From: a candidate division FCPU426 bacterium
Lineage (GTDB): Bacteria; Oederibacteriota; Muellerivitia; Muellerivitales; Muellerivitaceae
Length of the DNA: 64,000 nucleotides
Assembly (NCBI GenBank): GCA_963796105.1
Contig: CAWCKJ010000010.1
Location: forward strand, 32,001-96,000
Direction: 5' to 3'
Under the pieces are notes generated by a model. It was not told the DNA's origin and did not search any database. It saw nothing but the letters and a program-made list of their open reading frames with translations. This document shows, in pieces, positions 18,738 to 27,484 of the stretch (position 1 is its first letter; every line of letters begins with the position of its first letter). A program made the position numbers and the translations under genes.

Positions 18738-19316
18738 ATGGGTGAATCAAAAACCTCGAGCCAAGGGTCGTCCTTGGAAGACCAGGAAATTATCCGGAAA
18801 GTCAAAGCGGGGGACCGGGAGGCTTTTTCCGCGCTGGTTGAAAAATACCACCGTCCCCTTTTGAACTTCATTTACCACCTTCTCGGAAACCCATCCATGG
18901 TGGAGGATGTGGGGCAGGAGGTTTTCCTCAGCGCTTACCAATCCCTCGGCCGATTCGACCCCGAAAGGGGGACGCCCTTCTCGGCCTGGCTATTCACGAT
19001 CGCCCGGAACAAGGTTTACAGCGAGATCCGGAAGAAACGCCCTTTTTTGTCGTTGGAGGATTTTTTCCACCTGCCGGGGAGGGGAAATAATCCTGAGGAA
19101 AACCTTCTTGAGAAAGAGAGGGTGGAGGCCATCAGGGAGTGCCTGAATATCCTGCCTGAGAATCACCGGCGGGCGTTGATGAAACATTTAGAGGGATTCG
19201 CGCAGATTGAACAGGCCCGCAGGGACAAGATCCCGGCAGGCACGGTGAAAGCCCGGTTCTTTCGGACGAAACAAGTTCTCAGGCTGATACTGGAAAAACG
19301 ATTCGGAGGTTTGTGA
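18738..19316 (+). CDS. ECF RNA polymerase sigma factor
   Basis: GDREAFSALVEKY, EDVGQEVF, FSAWLFTIARN, GTVKAR. Confidence 0.9.
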   Translation: MGESKTSSQGSSLEDQEIIRKVKAGDREAFSALVEKYHRPLLNFIYHLLGNPSMVEDVGQEVFLSAYQSLGRFDPERGTPFSAWLFTIARNKVYSEIRKKRPFLSLEDFFHLPGRGNNPEENLLEKERVEAIRECLNILPENHRRALMKHLEGFAQIEQARRDKIPAGTVKARFFRTKQVLRLILEKRFGGL

Positions 19317-19317
19317 C

Positions 19318-19491
19318 ATGGAAGAATTTAAGCCGTCGGAAGGTTTCGTAAGACTCGTCATGAGACGGATCGCCGAAACAGAGGAACAAGCTAAAAGGTG
19401 GGAATATAGTTTGCGCTATAGGTTTATCCGCTTGGCCCTCGCTGGTTCCGCCTTGTTGGGATCTGTTCTCATGGCCAATCCTTGCCACTAA
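19318..19491 (+). CDS. 57-aa single-TM protein, putative anti-sigma factor (not in ORF track)
   Basis: GGAGG RBS inside the sigma 3' end; MEEFKPSEGFVRLVMRRIAETEEQAKRWEYSLRYRFIRLALAGSALLGSVLMANPCH*. Confidence 0.65.
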   Translation: MEEFKPSEGFVRLVMRRIAETEEQAKRWEYSLRYRFIRLALAGSALLGSVLMANPCH

Positions 19492-19602
19492 TCACTGAGG
19501 CAAATAAATCGACTTACTTTCATTTCGGTAACCGAATTTTTTTCAAAAGACCCCCTTTCCCCCCATCCTCTTGGTTGTAATTCCAATCAAATATTTGTAC
19601 TA

Positions 19603-21246
19603 CCTGAATTTTGCACCGAGTTTACCGATTCCGTGGCCAGATCGGCCTGAATCGGGACCCGACAGTGGCCATTTTCATCAGAAGTGAACTTATGTGCAAA
19701 GAATTTTTTGCACCAAGCCACTTCTAGGCCGCCCTGGGTCTTTCCAATCGTTTTCGATCAAGGTATTTGAGGAAACCCAATAGGCCCGCTGTCCTATCAT
19801 CATGGATTGAATACCTCACCACATCCCGATGGCCGTGATACTGGATTCGGGCGGCTACAAAGAGCATCTTCAAACGTGCGATCCGAAGGGTATGGTCCGG
19901 CATGGTGATCTGTTCCTTCTCCTGTGGCTTCTTTCCCGGTCGCTTTTCTTTTCCACAATGGCCCACCATTAGTTTCATCCACCTCCAGAGGTTGTAAGCC
20001 AGCATCACGATCTGGAAAAAAGCATGGTGGCTTTGGAAACTCTTAGAGGGAATTGCTAATAACCCCTCCCGTTGCGCCTCACCAATCAGGTTTTCCACAT
20101 CCGCGCGCAGGTCGTATTCCTCAACCACCCGATGGGGTGCTCCCAGACAGTTGGTCGCGAAGATTCGGTAGACATATCCTTCCATTTCAGGAAGGCTCAA
20201 TTGTTTCTCCCGCGCTTTTTCATCCAGCGTCCTCATCGCCACAAACCGGACTGGTTGTTGCCAGCCTATGGGTTGATGGACACATTCGTTGTATTCGTGT
20301 TCTCCATGGCGGTACCAACCCTTTTTCGTGAAAGGCGGGTCATGCCGCTTGTTCCCGAAGATGAAAGAAAACCCTTCTTTTTCACAGGCTTTCACGCTTT
20401 CCCAGCCGATCATTTCACCGTCACCGCGCACCAGAATCGTCCGGACACAGGACGGCAAGAGTCGCCGGAATTGTCTAATTTGGCGGGCCACTTCCTCAGA
20501 ACTAAGGGTGGTTCCGCGTCTTTGGGTTCCGCACAAATATTCCCGGGTTTCCTGGAGAAAACACAGAATGGGCCTCAGTCCCTTCTTGCCCCGGTGCTTG
20601 GGGTTGTATCCTTTTCGGCTTCCCTCGATATTTCCGTAGACCGTTGCGGTGGTGGTATCGATGTTGATCTCCACCTTCTTGGGGGCATATTTCACCTGTC
20701 CCCAAACCTTGGCCCGTAACGCCCCACTCAGATTCAGCAACGATGCCGACTGCCCGATCCCCAGCGACCTCAGGTATCTCCAAAAAGTTGTCACTACCGG
20801 CAACAAGGGAACCCGCAGTAAACCGCACAGCATGACCTCACCCCGCAGGTAGGCAAAATGGCCAAGTCTTTGGAACCCGATGAAAAGAAGCATTAGGATG
20901 CCGCTTACCATCCGGTAGTGGCCCAAATTCGGAAGGCGTTTAGGTGCGGCATAGTGTTTTTTGAATTCCCGCTCAAAATCAAGAAGGTCGAACATCTTCG
21001 CCAATGCCAACAATCCGCCAAAAGCTGTTAGGCGGTCTTCGCAAATACCTACGGGAGTATTGGCCGTAATCTTGGGCGCGATTCTCCCGTTTCGATTGGC
21101 TTTTTTCTGGACTTGCGGGTTTGATTTCTGAGGCGTATCTTGACGTTTCACCATCTGGGGGACCCTCTTTTAGGATGAGTTGGCTTCGCAACCCTTATCC
21201 TATAATGGTTTCCTAGATGGTTTTTTTATTAGGCGCAAAATTCAGG
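19603..21246 (-). mobile_element. IS1380-family insertion sequence (1644 bp)
   Basis: Terminal IRs CCTGAATTTTGC; 5-bp target duplication TACTA at 19598-19602 and 21247-21251. Confidence 0.9.
19724..21154 (-). CDS. IS1380 family DDE transposase
   Basis: LTAFGGL, INIDTT...YG, GYNPK, LVRGDG, YDLRADVENLIGE, LAYNL. Confidence 0.9.
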   Translation of the reverse strand: MVKRQDTPQKSNPQVQKKANRNGRIAPKITANTPVGICEDRLTAFGGLLALAKMFDLLDFEREFKKHYAAPKRLPNLGHYRMVSGILMLLFIGFQRLGHFAYLRGEVMLCGLLRVPLLPVVTTFWRYLRSLGIGQSASLLNLSGALRAKVWGQVKYAPKKVEINIDTTTATVYGNIEGSRKGYNPKHRGKKGLRPILCFLQETREYLCGTQRRGTTLSSEEVARQIRQFRRLLPSCVRTILVRGDGEMIGWESVKACEKEGFSFIFGNKRHDPPFTKKGWYRHGEHEYNECVHQPIGWQQPVRFVAMRTLDEKAREKQLSLPEMEGYVYRIFATNCLGAPHRVVEEYDLRADVENLIGEAQREGLLAIPSKSFQSHHAFFQIVMLAYNLWRWMKLMVGHCGKEKRPGKKPQEKEQITMPDHTLRIARLKMLFVAARIQYHGHRDVVRYSIHDDRTAGLLGFLKYLDRKRLERPRAA

Positions 21247-21290
21247 TACTAGTTATAGAGTTTCAATTTAATCCCGTATAAGGAGCAGTC

Positions 21291-22364
21291 ATGAATCTTT
21301 TTTCCCCTTTCAAACTAGGCAAGCTGGAAATCCAGAATCGAATGGTCATGTCCGCCTTGACCCGGTGCAGGGCTGTCGAGGGAAATGTCCCAAACCCCCT
21401 GGCTGTGACTTATTACACCCAGCGGGCTTCCGCCGGGTTCATTCTCACCGAGGCCACCCAAGTGACTCCCATGGGGCAGGGTTATCCCAATACTCCCGGT
21501 ATCCATTCCCCCGAACAGGTAAAGGGCTGGGCCAAGATCACCGACGCGGTGCATAAAGCGGGGGGGAGGATATTCCTCCAACTCTGGCACGTGGGCCGGG
21601 TTTCCCATTCGGATTTTCACGACGGCAAACTGCCGGTCGCGCCATCGGCCCTTCCGGTGGTGGGACAGCTTTACACGCCCAAGGGGTTGAAGCAAATTGA
21701 GACGCCCAGGGCCCTGGAACTTTCGGAGATACCCGAGCTAGTGGCGGCCTTCAAGAAGGGGGCGGAAAACGCAAAGGAGGCTTGCTTTGACGGGGTGGAG
21801 ATCCATGGGGCTAACGGATACCTCCTGGAGCAATTCACCAAGGACGGCACCAACCATCGAACAGACGCCTACGGGGGAAGCCTGGAAAACCGACTGCGCC
21901 TGCCTTTGGAAGTGGTGGATGCGGTCGTGAGCGTTTGGGGCCCCGACCGGGTGGGTTACAGGATCTCGCCTTATTTCGACCATTATTCCATGTCCGACTC
22001 GAATCCCGTGGCTACCTACACCCTATTGGCCCAGGAACTCAACAAGCGCAAGCTGGCTTTCCTGGATGTGGTGGAGGGGGTTTCTGGACCCAGGGTCCCA
22101 CCGGCGGGATCCACTTTATTGACGCCGATTGTGCGACAGCACTTTCACCAGGCCCTGATGGTCAATGGGGGCTATACCGCCCAGTTGGGAAACCAGATCA
22201 TCGAAAAAGGCGGGGCGGATCTGGTGTGTTACGGGACGCTCTTTCTCGCCAACCCCGACCTTCCCGAGCGGTTCAGGAAGAACGCTCCGCTAAATGAGGC
22301 CGATCCAACCACCTTTTACGGGGGTGCTGAAAAGGGTTATACGGACTATCCCGCGTTAGTGTGA
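21291..22364 (+). CDS. nemA: Old Yellow Enzyme family alkene reductase (NemA-like)
   Basis: NRMVMSALTRCRA, QLWHVGRVSH, GVEIHGANGYL, NPDLPERF, GYTDYP. Confidence 0.9.
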   Translation: MNLFSPFKLGKLEIQNRMVMSALTRCRAVEGNVPNPLAVTYYTQRASAGFILTEATQVTPMGQGYPNTPGIHSPEQVKGWAKITDAVHKAGGRIFLQLWHVGRVSHSDFHDGKLPVAPSALPVVGQLYTPKGLKQIETPRALELSEIPELVAAFKKGAENAKEACFDGVEIHGANGYLLEQFTKDGTNHRTDAYGGSLENRLRLPLEVVDAVVSVWGPDRVGYRISPYFDHYSMSDSNPVATYTLLAQELNKRKLAFLDVVEGVSGPRVPPAGSTLLTPIVRQHFHQALMVNGGYTAQLGNQIIEKGGADLVCYGTLFLANPDLPERFRKNAPLNEADPTTFYGGAEKGYTDYPALV

Positions 22365-22476
22365 AAAAACTGGCATTTTGGGAGGCTTCTACCGGCATGG
22401 GGATGTCGCCTACTGGCATGACCGGCGTTTGTTACCGGCATGGGGATTGGTGTGCGCCCCAAACCTTGGACAGTTT

Positions 22477-23313
22477 TTACTCCAAGTTGAGAATAGGTTT
22501 TCCGGCGATTGGTTTGAGTGACTTTAAAGCCTCGAACTCCTCAGGCGGCATGTAGCCGATAGAAGAATGCAACCGTTTTTTGTTATACACCTCCTCGATG
22601 AAGTATGGAAGTCTTTGAAGCACTTCCTGATAAGTTTCGTAATTGAATAGATGCACCTCCTCATATTTCAAGGTTTTGAAAAAGGATTCCGCATTTGCAT
22701 TGTCGTAAGGGTTGCCTGTCCTGGACATGCTGATCCTTAATCCTTTGGACTCAAGCAGGGCCACGTAATCCCAGCAGGCATATTGCACCCCTCTGTCTGA
22801 ATGGTGGATGCATCCCGGAAGAGGATTCCTTTCCTCTAAAGCCATGCGTAAAGCCGAAAGCGACAACTCCCGATCCAGTCTCTTGGAAACCGCCCACCCG
22901 ATCACCTTTCTGGAAAAACGATCCAGAATGGCCGCCAGATAAACAAAGCAAGTGAGGATTCGGATATAGGTAATATCCGCCACCCACACTTGATTGACAG
23001 CAGTTTCTGCCACCCTTTCCAAGAGGTTGGGGAACACCGGCAGGTCGTGATTGGATTGGGTGGTTTGGATCTTGAACCTTTTCCCCCAAATAATAGGGTA
23101 AAGACCGTATTTCCTTACCACCCGCCGAATCCGTTTGGCGTTAATCCTTAATCCCTCCCGTAAAAAGTGGTGGTAGAGCCTCCGATAGCCGTAGTAGGGG
23201 AAGGTCAATCTCACCTGCTCGATTCGGTTCTTTAAGTCCAAATCTCTTTGTTCCTGAATCTCCGGTTCACTTTTAAGTGCAGAATAATAGGTACTTCGAG
23301 GAAGCCCCATCAT
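22477..23313 (-). CDS. IS3 transposase OrfB (integrase core)
   Basis: YGYRR, WVADITY, HHSDRGVQY, DNANAESFFKTLKYE, RLHSSIGY. Confidence 0.95.
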   Translation of the reverse strand: MMGLPRSTYYSALKSEPEIQEQRDLDLKNRIEQVRLTFPYYGYRRLYHHFLREGLRINAKRIRRVVRKYGLYPIIWGKRFKIQTTQSNHDLPVFPNLLERVAETAVNQVWVADITYIRILTCFVYLAAILDRFSRKVIGWAVSKRLDRELSLSALRMALEERNPLPGCIHHSDRGVQYACWDYVALLESKGLRISMSRTGNPYDNANAESFFKTLKYEEVHLFNYETYQEVLQRLPYFIEEVYNKKRLHSSIGYMPPEEFEALKSLKPIAGKPILNLE

Positions 23314-23657
23314 TTGGCATCCTCTTGAAATTGAGCCAAATTCCTTGAGGTGATCACGGAGGTATCGAGCTTTCTCTGGTTTTCCGCGTATTTTTGGAAT
23401 TTTTTTAAAAGGTCTATCGCCATGATCAATTCCCCAATCTTGGCTTTGAGTTTCTCATTCTCTTTTTCCAATATTTTTTCGTGAAGGGAAGGTTTTTCAA
23501 CCAAGGTTCCTTGGCGATATTTATCGCGCCAACGGGTTATAACGCTTGGATTGAGCTGGTATTGACGAGCAGCTTCATTGAGCGATAGGCCAGTTTCTAC
23601 CTCGTGGACGACTTGTTCTTTGAAATCAATACTGAACTTCCGTCTTATTTTACCCAT
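23310..23657 (-). CDS. IS3 transposase OrfA (HTH)
   Basis: RRKFSIDFKEQVV...ARQYQLNPSVITRWR; A7 run at 23400-23406 (minus strand) with the -1 frame open into OrfB. Confidence 0.9.
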   Translation of the reverse strand: MGKIRRKFSIDFKEQVVHEVETGLSLNEAARQYQLNPSVITRWRDKYRQGTLVEKPSLHEKILEKENEKLKAKIGELIMAIDLLKKFQKYAENQRKLDTSVITSRNLAQFQEDAK

Positions 23658-24159
23658 TTGGAAATGCTCCTTTGGGGGGTTACCCCTTGAGCCGTTTCCC
23701 TATTCTCTATTTTTTGCTTCAACTGTCCAACTTGTAGGGCGCGTTCCAGATACCGCCTACCGGCATGACCGGCGTTTGCTACCGGCATGGGGATGCCACC
23801 TACTGGCATGACCGAAGTTTACTACCGGCATGGGGATGTCGCCTACTGGCATGACCGGCGTTTGTTACCGGCATGGGGATACCGCCTACCGGCATGATCG
23901 GCGTTTGCTACCGGCATGGGGATGTCGCCTACTGGCATGACCGGCGTTTGTTACCGGGATGGGGATACCGCCTACCGGCATGATCGCGTTTGCTACCGGC
24001 ATGGGGATGTCGCCTACCGGCATGAGCGGCGTTTGCTACCGGCATGGGGACGCTGCCTACCGGCATGACTGACTTTTCCTACCGGCATAGGGATAATCTC
24101 CTACCGGCATGTAGATTTCACCTGCTGGCAGAGCCGTCTCTTTGGAACAAGGGGTCGAT

Positions 24160-24286
24160 TCCGACAGGGCCTCCGACAGGTTGACCGGCCATTCCGACAG
24201 GGGCTCAGCCTTTCCGACAGGGCTTCCGACAGGCTGACCGTCCATTCCGACAGGGTTTCCGACAGGCGAACTTCCCTATCCGACAG
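24160..24286 (+). repeat. Array of 8 TCCGACAG(G) direct repeats
   Basis: CCGACAG at 24161, 24173, 24194, 24214, 24226, 24247, 24259 and 24280. Confidence 0.9.
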
Positions 24287-24466
24287 AATTCATGGGATCA
24301 TGGGTGGATTTCATGGGGTCAACAGATTAGTTCTTGGGTATATGGGATTTGGAACCCCTGGGTCTTATTTTGCCTGCAATTGCCCTAAAAACTTCAGTAT
24401 TTCATGGGTTCAAGGCCAGAATTAACGGGGATAAGCCATTTGCTTTTCTGGTAACATGCTGGCCTT

Positions 24467-25510
24467 ATGGAAATCCTACTACTCAGACTCGACCGGATCG
24501 GGGATTTTATCCTAGGGATACCGGCTTACCGCGCCCTCAGGGAGGCGCACCCCGATGACCGTATTTCGGTGGTGGTCCCCGCTAAAGTGGCCGAACTGGC
24601 CGAAGCCTGCCCCTATTTCGATGAGGTCTTCCTGTTTGAGGCCCATTGGTTGGAACCAGGAGCCCCGCTCCTGAATCGTTGGAAATCCGCCTTGAAACTC
24701 ATCCGCTTCCTGCGCTCCATGCCTCTAGATATGGTCATGGATTTCCGATACCAAAGCCGTCTGGATCCCCTGGTGGCCGGCCTCTCAGGCGCCAAAATGC
24801 GGATCGGCTATAACCAGGGATGGGTCAGTTGGTTCTTGTCCAAAAAGGTTTCCCAGCCTCCCAAGGAATTCCACCAGGTGGACCGCAACTTGCACCTGCT
24901 GGACGCCATCGGCATCCAGGCGAAGGACCGGCACTTGGAAATATGGGCGGATGAAAGGGATAAGAAAACCGCCGAAAACCACATGCCTGCCCAGGAACTG
25001 CTTCCGGGAATCCCCACAATCGCGATCCATGTGGGAGCGGCAACGCCTTCCAAGAAATGGATGGAGGAAAGCTTTTCCAACCTCATTTTTGAGCTTCATG
25101 CCAACACCCAGGCCGACATACTGGTCCTGGGCGGGGAGCATGACCAGCCCTCCGCCCATGAGATAGTGGACGGCTTGAAATGTCCCTGCGTGAATCTAAC
25201 GGGAAAGTTGACCCTGCGCCAAATGGCCGCGCTGATTAAGGACTGCCAGGTCTTCATCGGCTGTGACTCAGGCTCCACCCATTTGGCTGCCGCCTGCGGG
25301 GTTCCGGTGGTCTGCTTGTTTTCGGCGGCCAATGAGGAAAATATCTGGAGGCCCTGGGGGCCCAAGGTGAAGGTCATGACCGCCCATCCTGATTGCTCAC
25401 CCTGCCGGAGCCACGAGTGCACCCGCACCGACGGCTATTTCTGCATGAACGAGATCAAGGTGGATGAGGTGGTGGCTGAGGTGAAGGCCCTGCTGACGGG
25501 ACAGGCTTAA
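24467..25510 (+). CDS. Glycosyltransferase family 9 (LPS heptosyltransferase-like)
   Basis: RLDRIGDFIL, SKKW, NLTGKLTL, FIGCDSGSTHLAAACGVP. Confidence 0.9.
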   Translation: MEILLLRLDRIGDFILGIPAYRALREAHPDDRISVVVPAKVAELAEACPYFDEVFLFEAHWLEPGAPLLNRWKSALKLIRFLRSMPLDMVMDFRYQSRLDPLVAGLSGAKMRIGYNQGWVSWFLSKKVSQPPKEFHQVDRNLHLLDAIGIQAKDRHLEIWADERDKKTAENHMPAQELLPGIPTIAIHVGAATPSKKWMEESFSNLIFELHANTQADILVLGGEHDQPSAHEIVDGLKCPCVNLTGKLTLRQMAALIKDCQVFIGCDSGSTHLAAACGVPVVCLFSAANEENIWRPWGPKVKVMTAHPDCSPCRSHECTRTDGYFCMNEIKVDEVVAEVKALLTGQA

Positions 25511-25529
25511 AAAATCAAAAAAATTCATT

Positions 25530-25970
25530 TTCACCACAGTGGCGCTTCGCGCCGCACAGAGGCATAGAAAGACTTACACTAATTGGGGGAAAATCAAGAG
25601 GGCGAAAACCATGAATGGAAAAGAATTTATACTAGAACTTAACTCAAAATACCTACTGAACGGACGACAGCAGATTCCCCCCTTTGAAAAATGGGGGGAG
25701 GGGGTATTAGCTTTTGTTGTGTAACACCCAGAGGCTAACTTCCCCTCTATCCCCCTCTTTCAGAGGGGGAAGGTTATAAAAATCAGTAAACCGCAGGTGC
25801 TTTGTAAATAGGCATACGACATATTGTTCGTGGTTCGCCGAATAAACAAAATTGATTTTGAGATAAGATCTATTAAAACTCCATCTTCACCACAGTGGCG
25901 CTTCGCGCCGCACAGAGGCACAAAAAGACTTTCAGCATCTGGGTGAAAACCATGAATGAAAGAGAATTTT
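25530..25970. repeat. Intergenic REP/BIME-like mosaic
   Basis: Identical 35-mers at 25530-25564 and 25886-25920 flanking two C-tract/G-tract palindromes (25676-25698, 25741-25770). Confidence 0.8.
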
Positions 25971-25977
25971 CAGCTAA

Positions 25978-26616
25978 ATGAAAATCCATTTAATCATAAA
26001 AGCCCAATGGCTTATTTTGATCCCCCTTATTCTCCTGATGGGCTGTGGTTCCGATAAAAGGACCGCCTTGGATTATCTCCCCGTCGAAAAGGGGCGCGAA
26101 ACCAAGTTCGAATCCCTCGGCATGATGGAGGGCGAGAAAAACGTCATCCAGAGAAAATTCTCGGAGAGGAATGAAATCGCGGGGGGAGTCCTGGCGGTCG
26201 AGGAGCAGATTACCAAAGTTCATGGGGCTGAAAGCCGAAGCGTGAACACTTATGAGATTAAAAAGAATAAAGTGGTTCGGATTACCCTGGATTTCACGAC
26301 TCCCGAGGGATCGAGCCGCCATACCGATACGCTTTTCACTGTTTTTGAATTACCTGGAATATTCGGAAAAGCGACTTGGACCAACAAGGGCGGGGATGTC
26401 ACCATGAAATATTCCGCCAAGTACGGAAGCACCCAAACCGATGTTAAGAATTATCCGGATTGCCTGGTGGTGGATATGGAAAGCCAGAAAGTCAAATCGC
26501 CCGTTAGGTACCGGCAATATTACGCCAAGGATGTCGGATGGGTGAAAACCGTGAAGATAGATGAAAAGGGGAATGAGTTGATAGATCCCGCCAACATGAC
26601 CAGGGTCGAGCCTTAA
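25978..26616 (+). CDS. Hypothetical lipoprotein
   Basis: Lipobox-like LLMGC; beta-rich body ending YYAKDVGWVK. Confidence 0.65.
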   Translation: MKIHLIIKAQWLILIPLILLMGCGSDKRTALDYLPVEKGRETKFESLGMMEGEKNVIQRKFSERNEIAGGVLAVEEQITKVHGAESRSVNTYEIKKNKVVRITLDFTTPEGSSRHTDTLFTVFELPGIFGKATWTNKGGDVTMKYSAKYGSTQTDVKNYPDCLVVDMESQKVKSPVRYRQYYAKDVGWVKTVKIDEKGNELIDPANMTRVEP

Positions 26617-27167
26617 ACTAACAACAACTCATCATCGGGCGTGAGGAAACGCCATTTGCCCGATTCCACATCCAGGTTCAAGCCGCCGATCCTGATTCTT
26701 TTCAATTCAAGCACCTTCAAGGGTGTCTTGAATTTCGGGTCTTTCATGGTCCCGAACATCCGCCGGATGTGACGGTTCTTGCCCTCGCCCAGTACCACCG
26801 CCAGCTTGGTCTTGTTGCCCCCGCCCCCGATGATGGTGACCTGGTAAGCCTTAAGAATTTCCTCCGAGTTTTCCACGCCCTTCAAGGCCATTTTAATATG
26901 CTCCGGGGTGACGATGCCCCGAACCAGGACCTCATAGGTTTTCAAGCATCCGCCGGGTTGGGTCAGCTTGTCCGCGAGCTTGGTGTTGCGGGTGAAGAGA
27001 AGCAGACCCTTGGAATCTAGGTCCAGCCGTCCCACGGGCTTCCAGCCTTCGGCGTAGGCCCATTCAGGCAGGAGCTCATAGACGATCTTGCGGTCCTTTT
27101 CATCGGATCGGGTGACTACGTAGCCCTTGGGTTTGTTGAGCATGAAGATTTTAGGTTTGGTTTCCAT
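26613..27167 (-). CDS. RsuA/RluE family pseudouridine synthase (no S4 domain)
   Basis: NKPKGYV, VGRLDLDSKGLLL, EGKNRHIRRM. Confidence 0.9.
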   Translation of the reverse strand: METKPKIFMLNKPKGYVVTRSDEKDRKIVYELLPEWAYAEGWKPVGRLDLDSKGLLLFTRNTKLADKLTQPGGCLKTYEVLVRGIVTPEHIKMALKGVENSEEILKAYQVTIIGGGGNKTKLAVVLGEGKNRHIRRMFGTMKDPKFKTPLKVLELKRIRIGGLNLDVESGKWRFLTPDDELLLV

Positions 27168-27196
27168 GAGTTTTTCCTATTGAAGCCTGTTTTTAA

Positions 27197-27228
27197 AATG
27201 ATATCATTATTTTAAAGATTGATATCAA
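27197..27228. promoter_or_regulatory. Tandem palindromic operators of vapBC
   Basis: AATGATATCATT and TTGATATCAA, centres 21 bp apart, overlapping TTGAAG-N16-TATCAT. Confidence 0.6.
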
Positions 27229-27238
27229 GGAGAATCGG

Positions 27239-27484
27239 TTGAAAAAGAAGCGAACCATCATCAGCCTGGCGCCCGACGACAAGAAATGGCTGGACCAGGA
27301 AGCCAAGCAGACCCGCCAAACCATGACCCAAGTGGTGCGGGAAGCCATTCAGGAATACCGCGTGAAAAAAGAAGAGCAAGCCAAGCCGACATTCAAGGAG
27401 CTCTTGGAGCGCACCCGCGGAACCTGGCCGCACAAGGGAGACGCTTTGGATTATATCCGCAAAATCAGGGAAGATAGGATTTGA
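27239..27484 (+). CDS. vapB: Ribbon-helix-helix (CopG) antitoxin
   Basis: RTIISL...WLDQEAKQTRQTMTQVVREAI; overlaps the PIN gene. Confidence 0.8.
   Translation: MKKKRTIISLAPDDKKWLDQEAKQTRQTMTQVVREAIQEYRVKKEEQAKPTFKELLERTRGTWPHKGDALDYIRKIREDRI

Larger units (their letters stand above)
22448..23748 (-). mobile_element. IS3-family insertion sequence (1301 bp)
   Basis: TG...CA ends; 28-bp imperfect IRs (TGGnnnGCGCCC......TTGGACAGTT); 3-bp target duplication GAT. Confidence 0.92.
22389..24111 (+). repeat. Tandem array of 20 CTACCGGCATG cores at alternating 21/22-bp spacing, split by IS3 within unit 3
   Basis: Units at 22389-22447 and 23757-24111; spacers alternate between GGGATGTCGC/GGGATACCGC-like and ACCGGCGTTTG-like. 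Confidence 0.95.

Noticed and set aside
22361..22555. Short ORFs over the repeat arrays and IS ends (also 23578-23811, 24057-24245)
   Set aside because: They are chimeras of repeat and IS sequence or chance frames; the 43-bp period breaks the reading frame.
22389..24111. CRISPR array
   Set aside because: Core is only 11 bp, spacers are 10-11 bp and alternate between two recurring types, and no cas genes are present.
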